The position numbers and the translations under genes are program-made. A stretch of 44,598 bases of DNA, counting the filler, from Catajapyx aquilonaris (taxonomy: Eukaryota), in NCBI GenBank assembly GCA_000934665.2. It is 2 parts of 2 records of this genome, joined end to end, with 100 filler letters (N's around TTAATTAATTAA, not from the genome) between each part and the next. Parts side by side here need not be neighbours in the genome. Positions count along the whole stretch, not along the records: positions 1 to 22,258 come from JYFJ02005893.1; 1 more part is not named here. One strand, written 5' to 3'. A model generated the notes under the pieces. It ran no database searches. It saw nothing but the letters and a program-made list of their open reading frames with translations, and was not told the DNA's origin. Below, one piece after another: positions 1 through 12,600 of this stretch. Each line of letters begins with the position of its first letter. Position 1 is the first letter of the stretch.

Positions 1-915
1 TTTTGCAAATAGCATATAGTTGATCGACGCACATGACGGGCGTTTGTGACCCATTCTAGTACTTACATTTTCATTCAAAAATTCACGCACGTGACTCCGC
101 CAGTTATTTTCCTCCATATCCACTGATGTGCAACATTGTCTGAAAAGCAAAGTTATTGCACTGATCACGAAATGCAAGTAACATACAACCAAGGGGGTAA
201 TCAATTCGGTACTCCGGTGTACACCTGGGAGTGGTACTCCCTGGCACTCCTCAGGCACCTCACTCTTTATTACTCCGTGGTACTCCTTGAATTTGGTACT
301 CCAGTGTACACTTTTCAGTCGAGTGATTACCCCCTTGCATACAACCCAAGTTTAGATCCCAAGTACCTTTACACATGAGGAGAGCACCTATATCCTTACT
401 GCAACCAGGAGCAGGGGGGTCCTTGTTTGGCAACACAGTCAGGCACAAGAGCGTAAAAGTCAGGTAGATCATGATGTACACTACGATTTCCTTGCGAAGC
501 GACATCGCTGTATGAGGTGGTGAAAACGCGAGGGTGTCCCTCTTCCCCTCGCTGGCGATATTGGAATATTACGATGTCGCTTCGCAAGTAAATCGCAGTG
601 TATACATGATCTACCTGACTTTTACGCTCTTGTGCCTGTGTTTCCAAACAAGGACCCCCCTGCTCCTGGTTGCAGTAAAGGATATAGGTGCTCTCCTCAT
701 GTGTAAAGGTACTTGGGATCTAAACTTGGGTTGTATGTTATTTGCAGTGATCAGTGCAATAACTTTGCTTTTCAGACAATGTTGCACATCAGTGGATATG
801 GAGGAAAATAACTGGCTGAGTCACGTGCGTGAATTTTTGAATGAAAATGTAAGTACTAGAATGGGTCACAAACGCCCGTCATGTGCGTCGATCAACTATA
901 TGCTATTTGCAAAAA
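1..915. mobile_element. Foldback element/MITE with long inverted arms (left end may run off the window)
   Basis: 1-189 plus 346-507 is the near-exact reverse complement of ~573-914; short spacer ~508-572. Confidence 0.85.
190..337. mobile_element. 148-bp MITE with 8-bp TSD (P- or hAT-type) inserted in the left arm of the foldback
   Basis: TIR caagggggtaatca / tgattacccccttg; TSD catacaac at 182-189 and 338-345; the opposite arm has a single catacaac (empty site). Confidence 0.9.
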
Positions 916-2034
916 ANCCCCCCCTGGTCCCAATAAATCTCAGCAAGAGTTTCTTGAAATATGTTTTTATAACTGAGGAATGAAAACTTGTCGACAAAAG
1001 GGAAACAACAGAAGGGGAATTGGGGTGGTTCAAGGTCACACAAGTCTAGGTGAATGTAGCTGACAAAGTACAGTGTATTCTTCCTATACTGTAAGCACAT
1101 CGGATACAAGCAAGTAGAAAAGTCGGTCCCTTCATATTTCCAGCAGCGCCAAGCGGAAACGTGACATTATTTTACTTATTATTTCTCATGGCCTCACGCC
1201 CCCCTTGAAATCCCCTCACGCCTCCCCCCCCTGTTGGGAACCAGGGGGCTGGAGCCTATGATATCACAAGAGTTTCGTCGCATGAATAACGTTGTTTGTG
1301 TACTGTCTTGTTTCAGAAGTATTCACGTTTCAGATGGCAGAGAGTCCTTCCTGAATCACTCCTTGGCAGGCTCTTTGCCTACGTTTTGACAAGACATTAC
1401 ACCCCATCACAACGTGTATTAATATTATTACCCAACCCAATGCAGATAACGTAATTCTAACATTGCCAACGTGTTCAACGACCCCGAAAACGTACGATTA
1501 CACACCCCGCACCCCTATCTCATGGTTCAATTGCCGGCATGTCGAAATGCCAGTTCTTTTTTTTAAAATGGCGGTCTTTGAGCAACTTCCGGTCATCGGA
1601 TTGACATTGTACCACCACCAGTGTGACGGACACATGTGAGTTGTGGGGAAACGACACCTGGAACATGTCTGGCGCTGAAATCCGATTTTTTTTAAAAGGT
1701 TTTGTTCAAAATCCACAATCCACCCTATTTCCAACGCTACTACGAACCCACAGGGGTTTGGCGCACGGAACTGCGGGTCAAATCGCGTAGATAGGTCCAA
1801 GGAACAACTGTGCAAAGTGGCTAGCTTTCCTGACAAAATGCGGTTTTTTCCCCTTTTCTCGAGTGTACCGCTAGCACTATAGTACTCTCTGTCCTGATTT
1901 CAAATCTGTTAACATTTCATTATATTAGCTATACCTTTTGAGTAATTGCCATTTTTATAGTAAAAAAGTACTTCACTTGTATCAGTGATCAATAAAATTA
2001 AAATATTTCCGGCACATGTACATATACGAGCGTA

Positions 2035-2910
2035 CAGGGTGTATCACTAGTATCAGAGTCATGGGTCAAGCGCGGGGGGGATCGTAGGTGACGACAACCC
2101 CGGCCGGTTTTATAAAACAATTAGAAATACGGCAGTAATCAATTTATTTATTACGGCCGTACGGCGTGTCGTCACATCCTTTCTGTATTCGAATTGACCG
2201 GCGCGGACTGGCAGATTCAGTAGGTGAATTCGTTTATGGCTGAGTGTAGCAATAGTGTAGCATTAGTGTAGCTCCAGCGAGAGTTCTGCAATCGTTTATG
2301 ACGAAGCTGCTCTAAAGGGGCGGGGCTTGGCGTAGCACTGCATTCGTTTATCCCAGAGCAAGGGTCGGGTGTAGCGCGAGTGTAGCTCTGGCCTGCACGC
2401 TCGTTGGGGAGGGTGCAAGTGGTGTAGCACTGGGTGTAGCTCCTCTTCCACTGTGACGTTTCACACACGTGACCAGGCTGCGCTAGGGCTACACTCAGCC
2501 ATAAACGAATTCACCTAGGGGGTTGGACCTGGTTGAACGGGTTTTTAGCATTGCGGGTTGCACTGAAAAAGGCGCTCTCATGCTACACTGGCAGGGTACT
2601 GCACACACCACTGTACAGTAGTACACTACTTTGTACAGTATACCCTACCGGTATAACATGAGAGCGCCTTTTTCAGTGCAACCCGCAAGGCTAAAAAGCT
2701 GCTCAACAGGTTCAAGCAAGTGCACCTGTCAGTCCGCGCCACTCGATTCGAACAGAAAGTAGGATGTGACGTCACGCCGTACGGCCGTAATAAATAAATT
2801 GATTACTGCCGTATTTCTAATTGTTTTATAAAACCGACCGGGGTTGTCGCCACCTACGATTTTTCCCCACCCCCTCCCGCGCGCTTGACCCGTGACTCTG
2901 AAACACCCTG
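2035..2910. mobile_element. Tc1/mariner-type foldback MITE
   Basis: Termini cagggtgt...acaccctg flanked by TA on both sides; 2055-2215 inverts with 2725-2900, and 2540-2600 with 2636-2698. Confidence 0.85.
2223..2515. mobile_element. Small TIR element nested in the 2035-2910 MITE
   Basis: 28-bp perfect TIR ggtgaattcgtttatggctgagtgtagc, TA on each side, internal gtgtagc/cgtttat repeats. Confidence 0.8.
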
Positions 2911-2917
2911 TATAACA

Positions 2918-3350
2918 GGGTCATTCCATGTGAACTCACCGAGCCCCCTGACCCTTGGGTTGTCAGATCATGATACGGCTCATCGGTTTAATTAGGTCCC
3001 GAAAAAATACCATTTGAGCGGTTTTGCGATTTACCCCCCCCCCCCCCCNCCCCCCTACCCGGAGATACGCCCACCGATTTTAAAAACGCGAAAAACTGCT
3101 GTTTCTGAAGGTAGGGTTTCAAAAATCGATCATACATCGTGGACCAATCGATTTGAAGGGATTCGAGAGAGATTTATAACTGAAACAGAAAGAATACGGA
3201 ATTTGGCTTCTTTCAACATTTATTTTTTCCATTCTGAAAATGGTGAATTTTTCTTTGAAAATTGACCCCTCAATTTTAAAATCAGATTTTTAAACATATT
3301 ATGCCGATGAGCTGTATTTCGTCATGATCTGACAAGCCAAGGGTGAATTG
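2918..3350. mobile_element. Degenerate DNA-transposon remnant with gggtcattccatgtga terminus
   Basis: 2952-2986 inverts with ~3304-3345; terminus resembles those at 5601 and 13726. Confidence 0.45.
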
Positions 3351-3872
3351 AGGGCTGTGGGGGGAAAAACATGACAACTGACATTTTTGTCATATTTTAC
3401 CTAAACACCTAGCAACTATGTATAAGACATTACAAACATTTTGGTATACTCCAAGTTCATGTATCATGCATGAGACGGCCACACGGACTAGATCAAAACC
3501 AGCATTCCCTATGATTTGTTAAGCAAATTCAAACTTCAATTCGCTCTCCTGAAAAATTACTATTTTGTCAGTTATCATGTTTTTCCCCCCCACCCCTGAA
3601 TTCTTTGAAAGCTCGGGGATTTCACTGGGTATGACCCCCACAACAGCTATTTTTAAACCCCTAAAAAGTAGATGCTGGAAAGTAGCAGCTGAGTACCATC
3701 AAATCCTTCAGTGCATCGTACACTGCAATTGGAACACAATGAAGCAAGTGAAGCAGTAGAAGCAACAATAGCATCTTTAACCCGGTGAGCCAGTATAGAT
3801 GAGAGGCTCTTCATGAATGCAGATGCCATTGCATGCCGTGCGGTACTATGACTATCACAAGCTAAACCATAC

Positions 3873-3985
3873 CTCACTGTCTAAGGCCAATAGGAATAGC
3901 ATCAAGAAGAACAGGAACGACCATAGCTGAGGTATAAAGAGGAGACTGAGGGCTTCTGGGTAGACTATAAAGGCCAGGCCCTGTC
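3873..3985 (-). CDS. SLC6 (Na+/Cl- neurotransmitter/amino-acid symporter) exon, [13 protein letters not shown]...[14 protein letters not shown]
   Basis: cag acceptor, gtatgg donor, 113 nt, canonical GLAF..YPEA and FFLML..L.LDS motifs. Not in the ORF track. Confidence 0.95.
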
Positions 3986-4051
3986 CTGCAGTGATCACGA
4001 AGACAGAGGAAAAAAAAACAGTGATCTAGAGTTGCCAGACAAACTCAAGTA

Positions 4052-5019
4052 CGAGAGCGAGATAAAACAAATTGGGACTGATTTTTTATGTGGTAAAGAG
4101 AATTACAGTAGTTCATGATTTATCGTGAGTGACATTGTGTCCAGAATGCCTTGGAGTACTAGATCACCTATTTCTGTTTGAATTTTCCAAAATTCCAAGC
4201 GACAGTGACACCGAAAGTAAGCCTGTATTTGCATTCACCTCCGCTCTGCCAGGAGGTTGGCAGGAGGACCAACATTCAGTGTTGAGGTTTTTCTTCCGTT
4301 TGAAGACAACAGCGACGGAGGCACTCGGCATGCTAATAGAGGTATATGGTGAAGAAGTGTTCCACAGCATTCCGATGATACAAGGCATTCATCGAGGGTC
4401 AATAGTAAGCTTTCAAAGACACAGTCTGCAGATTCTCATCAGAGTTCTGACAGAGGACCTCATTAACACCACCTGTGCAGTGATTGTTCAGGAAGAACGC
4501 CGCATATCCGTCCATGGCCTTGCCAGAATAATTATGTGGTATTTTCCATGGTAGTGCTCGCGTAATAATTTTGCATTGGCCATTTACACGTATAATAGCT
4601 TATATTATATGACGCGTTTGCATCCGATGCGATGGGTCCTCAGGTTGTTGACTGCAAAGAAGAAGCAGATGCGGGTGGAGGTGTGCGAAGAGTTTCAACG
4701 TCTTGTGGTCTCACATGGTGACCAGTATCTGTTGTTCACAATCGATCTTAGCATGTCGTGCACCTCTGTGGCTGTTTCAAATGGAAGCAAAACCTCAATG
4801 CTGAATATTGGCCCTTACCGCCAACCTCTTGAGAGAGCGGAGGCGAATGTGAGACCTACTTCTGGTGTCACTGTCACTTGGGATCTTAGAATATTCGACC
4901 AAAAATTGGTGATCTAATACTTCACGCCCTTCTATACACGATACCACTCGCGAAAAGTCGTGAACTGATTCTCTTTATCACATAAAAAATAAGTCCCAAT
5001 TTGTTTTGACTAGCCCTCG
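4052..5019 (+). mobile_element. Decayed mariner element inside an SLC6 intron
   Basis: TIRs cgagagcgagataaaacaaattgggact / agtcccaatttgttttgactagccctcg with TA TSD; HTH remnants QHSVLRFFFRLKTTATEALGMLIEVYGEE, VQEERRISV, RWVLRLLTAKKKQMRVEVC; catalytic part deleted. Confidence 0.9.
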
Positions 5020-5219
5020 TAGGTTTATACAGGCTGTCTGTTACAGGATTGCAGCACTCGGAAGTTTGGACAATACCATTACCATGGTCATCAATTATTG
5101 CAAGGCCCTTTGTCATTGACTATTAAATTATCGTAGCACAGTCAATGCCCAGACTTCCACTGAAATCGTGGATTCGACAGCCCGTGTGCTTGATACTTAT
5201 GATATGGTAGGCTACTTGC

Positions 5220-5448
5220 CTCCTGTTACGACATTGTTCACTTGAACATTCAGTTCACCAGCCAGGTGTCCCAAGATGGCAAAAATGGCCACAGCCCCGA
5301 ACAGGCACGTAAATGTATCCATAAGAGTTACTATGACGGCGTCGACGTGGACTCGGTTGCGAAACTTGTTGTATGACGCATACATTATGGTGCCGCCCCA
5401 TGATATGCTCAGCGAGTAGAACATTTGCGTGGCAGCGGCCCTCCACAC
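5220..5448 (-). CDS. SLC6 exon VWRAAATQMFYSLSISWGG...NNVVTG (TM6-TM7)
   Basis: cag acceptor; W..AA.Q.F.SL and YASYNKF motifs; ends at a GC donor (AG|gcaagt) in phase with the next exon. Confidence 0.95.
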
Positions 5449-6024
5449 CTGCAATGGTTGGAATGGAATCAGTCAGTCATTGAATTTGAAGATAAAAATA
5501 TAGTCAAAATAATGCTTACGACCTGGTTTTTGAGGCATGTAGGTAACCTTTGGCATGAATGTCCATATTTGCCGCAGCTAATAATTAAAAAGGTCTACGT
5601 GGGCCATTCCATATCAAATCAACCAAAGTAACTTATATAATTGGTCGCTCAATCAATGAAAATGTCATGCAACATTCCCCAACTATAGGGATATAAAGAA
5701 TTTTAAAATATATTATGATACCTGTCATGCTGCACTGTCCCAGAACGTAAGAATATAAGACACTTGGGAGCTGAATTGAGTGTGTGGATGCAAAATCTAG
5801 GTAACTGAAATAGTGGTAGTGTGAGAAAATGCAAGTTGAATCGAAAATGCAAATCTGGAATAGTTTATCCTGTGGTCTATCCCTTTACCACCAGTATCCA
5901 ATCATGCCCTCTTTAGTACGCGTACGCTTTAGTACGCTTGTAGAGTATTTTGCACTTCGAGCCAAATGCGATTTTAATTTTTTCGTGATCTAGGCACCAT
6001 ATGGAGTATTTTGAGGATTGGGGG

Positions 6025-7038
6025 CGATGGTAACGTCTCGGCTTGCTGAGCGGAAGGTCCCGGGTTCGATCCCGCCCGGGATGAGTTCCCTTCCGCCTGC
6101 GTCAGTGGGTCTCTGGCCCGCGCCTAAGAAGGCGTCTTGGAAACCTAGCCTTCTGGGGGACTGCACATGACCCATTTGCCATTTCCGACAATGCACTTGC
6201 ACCTGTGTCCCCTCCCCAAAAATTCTTATCCTTACCCCATTTCCTTACTGCACGGAGAATGAAGGAAAAAGTAAAGGGTGATTCTCTCGAATGGAAACCC
6301 AAACATTCCTCAATAACTTTTTAACTATGGTATGGTTCCCGATGAAAATTGACATGTACTTACCTTGTACCATGCCAAACAAGGTATGACTAAAGAATTT
6401 ACCAAAAGTGGTCCCCTTCAGCATCCATTAAATTTTTAATGCGAGTCTGCATAGTGCCGAAGACTCCTGCAGACTGGCGGCGGGGATGGCTCAATCTCCC
6501 GCCACCGCGTGCCGTATGTAGGGGGGTTCACACTAGCTGACGGTAGCATACGAAACGAACGAAACGAAATAGTGAACCAATCAGAGCCCAAAAGTGAAAG
6601 TGAAAGTCACTTTTAGTCATCCTCATGTGGGCTCTGATTGGTCCACTATTCCGTTTCGCTCGTTTCGTATGCCACCGTCAGCTAGTGACGGTAGTTGACG
6701 GCGCGCGGTGGCGGGAGCTGTATGTCATCCCCACCGCCACATCTGCAGGAGTCTTCGGCAATATGCAGACTCGCATTAAAAAATTCTTGTATGCTGGAGG
6801 GAACCACTTTTGGTAAATTCTTTAGTCAGACCTGGTTTGGCATGATACAAGATAAGTACATGTCAATATTCATCGGGAACCATACCCTAGTTAAAAAGTT
6901 ATTGAGGAATGTTGGGTTTCAATTCGAGAGAATCACCCTGTATAAAAATACTAGAAAACTGATGGTGGTATGCCACCCCCTATAACGACTTACAGTTGTA
7001 TCACGGGGTAAAATCAATAAAAATAAAAATAAAATAAG
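6025..7038 (+). mobile_element. tRNA-derived SINE (5'-truncated), interrupted by a MITE
   Basis: B box ggttcgatccc at ~6063; body matches the SINE at 7922-9174; A-rich tail; imperfect flanking repeat ttttgaggattgggg / tttcgagggttgggg. Confidence 0.75.
6274..6940. mobile_element. Tc1/mariner-type foldback MITE with ~300-bp arms
   Basis: TA|aagggtgattctctcgaat ... attcgagagaatcaccctg|TA; arms complementary almost to the centre (~6600). Confidence 0.9.
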
Positions 7039-7734
7039 TTTTTCGAGGGTTGGGGCCACCCCCAAAAGTTTCGGGTAAATTTTTTACAGCCACGCAAAGT
7101 TTGTAAAATCGCGTTAGTGACAACATACTGTGAGTTCTCGGCTTATCTGGTTGGCTGCAGTGGTCGTTCTGGTGTCATTTCGTAGGTTTTCTGGGTCTAT
7201 GAACTCAATTATGACATTTCCAAAGTCCTCAGAGGTCAACTTTCGTTGTCCACGGGTGCGCAAGTTCTAATCGGAGCTGGTGGTCCTCTACCCACAAGGA
7301 AGTGTGCTTCGCACTATTAACGATAAAGTTCAGTTTTAAAATCTAGAATAGCGAGGTACTGTACCATGCTAGGGGGTAAGAAAAACGAAGAAGGGAAGGA
7401 GCAAGCCCCATGCCTGGAGTGGTGGCATTCAAAAATAATTCAATTTATCTTTAATTGTCTTCTGAGACGAATTGCTACCACGAACTCCGCAAATGAATTT
7501 AAAAACCACTTCAAAATTTAAATAAATTTAATGAAGTTTAAAGTTAATTATTTCACTTGGGAATTTTTCTGAAACACTCTGTAGATGAATTTTTCGGCAT
7601 TTTATATCCAAAGGACCACCACGAGTTAAAGTGATAAATATTGGAGAGGAGGAGAGGGGTGCTAAGTGGAAAAGAAACCAGTCGGCTTTGCAAAGAATGT
7701 TTCGAGGCCTCTTGGGGTAAACCCTTGCTTTCCC

Positions 7735-7787
7735 CACGGAGCCTTGAGTCATCCAAGCACAGTGCTTGGATGACTCATGGCTCCGTG
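7735..7787. mobile_element. 53-bp palindromic TIR-only mini element
   Basis: cacggagccttgagtcatccaagcac-a-gtgcttggatgactcatggctccgtg; flanks gctttccc / gcttttcc (7/8 match). Confidence 0.7.
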
Positions 7788-7921
7788 GCTTTTCCCACCT
7801 GTCCCCTAAGTTTCTGAAATTCTTGTGCAGTCCTTTTGTGCAGGTGTTGTCATTCAATAACAGTGACTGTCATAATATCCATGCAGAAAAATATCATTTG
7901 AAATAGCTGATGAAACTATAA

Positions 7922-9174
7922 TAATAATTGTGGGTAATGCTTTCACCCCTTACGGGGTATATCGCATGAACCTTTATTTTATTTTCCAATTTTTCTTTTA
8001 ACTTCCACTCCGGTGCAAGGAATCAAGGAATTTGGGTAAGGATAGGGATTTTTCGGGGAGGGGACACGGGTGCAGGTGCAATGTCGTTAAATGGGTCATG
8101 TGCAGTCCCCCAGGGGGAGTATTCACAAAAGAGCGCAACTTTCGAGCGCGTAAGTGATTTACACCCATATCTTTACGCTCCCCTTACAACCGGTTGTAGG
8201 GAGAGGTGTAAAGTGATTCACAAAGCGGCGCAGCACTCGGTGTAAGGGGGGCACAAGGGTAAAAGTCACGTGTCATGTAACGGGGCTCGCTATTGGCTGC
8301 GTTGTTAGACGGCCACCCGAACCCACCCAGAACCCACCCTAGCGCCAACCTAGCGGAAGGCAAAGATACTAAGGGAAGGTGGGAAAAAGCTTGGAAAGAG
8401 TTATCACTTATCATCTTTGGTGGAATACCTGAAAATTGTAGCACTCGGCTGAAATTAAAAAATGGGAGACCAACTAGTTTATTGAGGGTTGGGGCTAGAC
8501 CCCCGCTCAAGGCTGCCGCCGGATTGTCTAGCGGCAAGCCGGACACATTCCACTATTCCCACTCCTTACCCGAGCTAACCAAATAACCTATTGGCAGTGG
8601 GCAGTCAGGCAAAGGTGGCCGAAACTGTTGCTTTGTCTGTGCCGAGGGGTAAATCACTCGGAAGTTGAGTGTACAACGGACTTGACGAGTGATTAACCCC
8701 TCGTCGTCTGCCGGCAGCAAGTGCCGGATTGTACGCCGTGAGTAGGCCTACCCATGGCCGGTATGTAACGGGGGGTCCACATGCGATCCCGGATTATCTG
8801 GGGAAAGGCTGGGTGAGGTCCATCTTCGACTTCTAGCTCCGGTCCAAATAGGAGCCATGTCACTTCTCCCACTTACACGTACCCCCCGACCAGGCGCAGA
8901 GATCCGCCCGGTGGTAAGTAGTTGCGCTGCTTCGTGAATCCAACTCGCAGCGCCACTCCCCCGGTGGCGAAAAATGAACTAAACTTACGCAGGTGTATCC
9001 CTTTGCGCTCTTTTGTGAATCCTCCCCCAGGAGGTTAGGTTGCCAGACACCTCCTTGGTGCAGGTCAGAGACCCTCCTGACGCAGGTGAAAGGTAGTTCC
9101 CCAGGCGGGGATCGAACCTGGGGCCTTTCACTCAGCAAGCCGAGACGTTACCATCTCGGCCACCACACCTCCCC
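7922..9174 (-). mobile_element. Full-length tRNA-derived SINE split by a Harbinger insertion
   Basis: A box tggccgagatgg and B box ggttcgatccc on the minus strand; (ATT)n tail; perfect 17-bp TSD agctgatgaaactataa at 7905-7921 and 9175-9191. Confidence 0.92.
8114..9027. mobile_element. Non-autonomous PIF/Harbinger element
   Basis: TIR ggggagtattcacaaaagagcgcaa / ttgcgctcttttgtgaatcctcccc; 3-bp TSD CAG; the sister SINE copy at ~6150 shows the empty site. Confidence 0.88.
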
Positions 9175-9283
9175 AGCTGATGAAACTATAACACGTGGAA
9201 GAGTGGAAAGGTAATATTACTTTTAATCATTCAGGGATGCCCACGCACCAAATTAAGTAAATAAACAGCGGCAGAGACCCAAC

Positions 9284-9333
9284 CAAGATCTAGAGTATTG
9301 TAAGGTCAAATAACTAGAGTACTCTAGATCTTG
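9284..9333. mobile_element. 50-bp mini TIR element
   Basis: caagatctagagta / tactctagatcttg; flanks gacccaac / gacccaga. Confidence 0.55.
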
Positions 9334-9602
9334 GACCCAGAGACAATAGAGAGTTTCTGGGGATCCGTTTTCCGACACGTAACGCAACACGAACGCATCG
9401 TAACTCCACCCCGCCTGAAAGCGTATCGTTTGACACGGTAGGAGTGTTTCAGGTGTCAGGTGAGCTAGTACGCTACCAACCCTTGTACGCTACCAACCCT
9501 TGCACTGTTAGTCCTGCACCCACACGCGGCGACGTGCACACCGGCTGGTCTAGGTTATGGTGGTAGCAGTGGGATGGTTGCGGTTATCGGAATTGGTATC
9601 GT

Positions 9603-11428
9603 CAAGAGCTAATAACTGAGAGCATGTGACAAGTCCTTTGCCGTGACTGAACCTCTGATGGAACAGGGAAGTGTTGCGATTAGTTTCCCTCTGGCGCGAC
9701 TAGGCCGAACCAAGAAGGGAACCTTTGTCCCTCCCATATAGAGGCGTGGCTACTTCAGGGGGTCAACTCTTTCTGTTCCCCATCACCTTGGGTTGGGGTG
9801 GGTGCGAAGAAAGGCCCCAGGGCTCCTGGACTTTGACCCCCCCCCTGCCCAGAATGGTAGGCCCATGGAGTCTTGACTCCGTGGGATGTGGTCAGATAAG
9901 TCAGACCCTTCCTAATCTACCCTTCTCGGGCTTATCACAGGTAGGGAAGTGAACCTTAATCCACAAACTTTTTTAAGGACGCACCTTTTTGCATTTTTGA
10001 CGGCAAATATGAATTCTATGGTGTCGAAAACCTATCTTTTCATACTCGATTCGTACCAGCCATGTCACAAACAGGCCCACGGAAACCCATGTGTATACAA
10101 AGAAAACTTGTTGAAGTTATCATGCTAGATCTACTTTTGACATGGCTGGTATAAATCAGGTATGAAAATATAGGTTTTCGACACCTTAGAATTCATATTT
10201 GCTGTCAAAAATGTAAAAGGGTGCATCTTCAAAAAAGTTAACGGATTAGTTTAGAAGGCCCACTACCCCCTCCCCCCTGATGCCCAAGGAGGGTAGATTA
10301 GGAAGGGTCTCATTATCTAACCCCCTCCTACTACCATGACCAGCCCAAACCCTTGCACTGTTGCAATTTACAGCTCTGCATTTTTTTTGAAGTTCATCAT
10401 GTTCTGATTCCTACTATAGATCAAAAATGCACTTGGTATTGATTTTTATTTCAGTTTTGCCAACGATTAAAAACAATCAAGAACGCGCCGTTTTTGATCT
10501 AACGCGTCTGGTGCACCCGGCAGTAAAACTTTAGCTGATGACTCGCAATCAGCTTGATTTGTAAGGAAGCTGTGGAGCCTATAACAACAAAAACAACAAC
10601 ACCATCACGACATTTCCCTGTAAGGGGTAGTCAGCGACGACGGGAGCCACACAAGCTAACCCAAAATGTGAACTAAATTAAAACTTGTAAAAATCAGCCT
10701 ATAAACCACCCATCCGGGCCCCCACCCCTGCCCATCTAAGACGACAAACTCTCAATATTAAATTTAAAATTCAAATATTACACGACTATGAGAACCCCCC
10801 CTGGAAGAGGAATCAGCAACTGTTAAATTCCTCCAAGTGACTAGAATATTCTCCTCCAAACGACCAGAACACCCACCTATGGATGAGTGCATATAAACAC
10901 GTGACTATGCCCAACCACTCGGGCAAAATTGACGCCAAATGACACATTCTTTTCCCAGGTGTTTGACCTCTTTTCCTGCTCTGCCCCTCCGCTGTCACCC
11001 TCGACTAGCTGGTCTGGTTTATGTGCCCCCCGAGGGCATCGAGCCTATTTTTGGAACCCCATTCGCCCCATTCCCAACCTTGACTCCCCACGGACCACCT
11101 TCTACTCTTCTAGGAAGAGAAGCCCATGTGTCAGATTCTGGGTCTTTGAAGAAACTGGTATCGGATTGACCACTGGCCAAGTGGGCTGGACCTTCCTCCC
11201 AGGAGGGGGGGCTGCCTCAATAGCCCTGGTGGAGGTGGTGGGCAGGTGGGGGCCCGTACCCTGATCCTGCCCTGATGACGACAGACGGGAATATTCTCTC
11301 CCGCGTTAACTGAGCCGCCATGAATCGGCCGTGCCCGTCTGGGGAGTCGCCAGTTCCGCGCAGAGGATGAGGAACCCAGCTATACTGCAGGGATAGGGCA
11401 CTCGGAGGCTCTCAGTTATTAGCTCTTG
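9603..11428. mobile_element. Non-autonomous P-like DNA transposon with nested cargo
   Basis: 21-bp perfect TIR caagagctaataactgagagc; 7-bp TSD gtatcgt (9596-9602, 11429-11435). Confidence 0.8.
9891..10320. repeat. Foldback repeat nested in the P-like element
   Basis: 9958-10068 inverts with 10138-10248; 9893-9923 with 10292-10318. Confidence 0.75.
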
Positions 11429-12337
11429 GTATCGTCTACCGCAGGGCTTCCCAAACTTTTTTCGCCGCGTACCCCTTTTTAAATTTGTCAAGACAGTTTG
11501 TACCCCCATTCTCATCCTACCATGTAATACCTTGGTAATACGTAGTAATTGTGAGCACTAATTACCAGTTAGGGGTCGTCCATAAACCACGTGGCCGATT
11601 TTCGGGCACTTTTTGACCCCCCCCCCCNCATTGGAACCCCCCCCTCCCCTCCCCCCTTTTCACGTGTTTTTTTTTTAAATGTCAATGTTATCCACAAAAA
11701 AAAACGTAATCGAAATTGATAGCTCCTCACCTAAACTGTTTAAGGACGTAAAAAACATGTCTCCCCATGTTTTCGGGGTCGCTGATTTCGAATTTTAGGT
11801 TATTTTGAACCCATGTGCATCTGCAAAAGCTCCCATATGTGCCAATTCACTGTGTTCACAGATACCACATGAATTTTCGCCGATCCCCCCCCGCGAAGTA
11901 ATTCGGATGAGAAACGGCCGAGATAACTGAGGTGTGCAATTAACTTAATTATGATTACACATAGTTGCGATATCTAGGTTTCAAATATACCATTAGAAAG
12001 ACAAAGATTTGCACTACCTATGGTTCACAGGGGGAATTTTTTGGCCTCCGAAAAGTGCCATAAAAACTCATTTTGCGGAGTAACGTCGGCAACTAGTCAA
12101 AAAATGACACCTTTCATTGTTGTTCCCGGCATTCCAAACCCGGTTTATTTCAGATAACGGCCGGCAATCGGGCCGTCAGATGTGAACCGAGTTTAAACCG
12201 TATCCATGGTTTACTTTTGCCTCGAGAAATGGAAATTTCTCTGAACTGGGTTCAAACCGGACTTGAACCTTGTTTACATTTGAACCACTGTTCGAGAAAT
12301 CGGCCCTTAGTCAGGATAACTTTGAACAGGTCCTTTC

Positions 12338-12600
12338 CCATGAGGACAAGCCCAAAACAGCTTTTTCGGTCTCAGGTGGGGGGGACTTGACGAGTTTAAC
12401 GTGCTCCAATTCTGTCTGGTGAACGCACAGTCCACGTTCCAAAGACTCATGGAACAAGTGCTCCCCGGACTTACGTGGGAATCATGCCTAATATATTTGG
12501 ATGATGTTCTCGTCTTCCCCCCTTCTATTTCCATCCATTTCCAACGGTTCGAGTCAGTCTTTCAGAGGCTCCAAGCCGCCAATCTGAAAATCAAGCCTAC
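12338..12600 (+). mobile_element. Ty3/gypsy reverse transcriptase fragment (frameshifted)
   Basis: EDKPKTAF...EFNVLQFCLVNAQSTFQRLMEQVL...CLIYLDDVLVF...LQAANLKIKP; YLDD motif. Confidence 0.9.

Noticed and set aside
260..983. Matching ORFs on opposite strands (also 14987-15605)
   Set aside because: Produced by inverted-repeat arms.
9095..9174. tRNA genes (also 6025-6080 and 17549-17625)
   Set aside because: A/B boxes without a proper cloverleaf, followed by SINE body and tail.
11272..11310. CTGATGA hammerhead-like core
   Set aside because: No correctly placed GAAA and no three-stem junction found.
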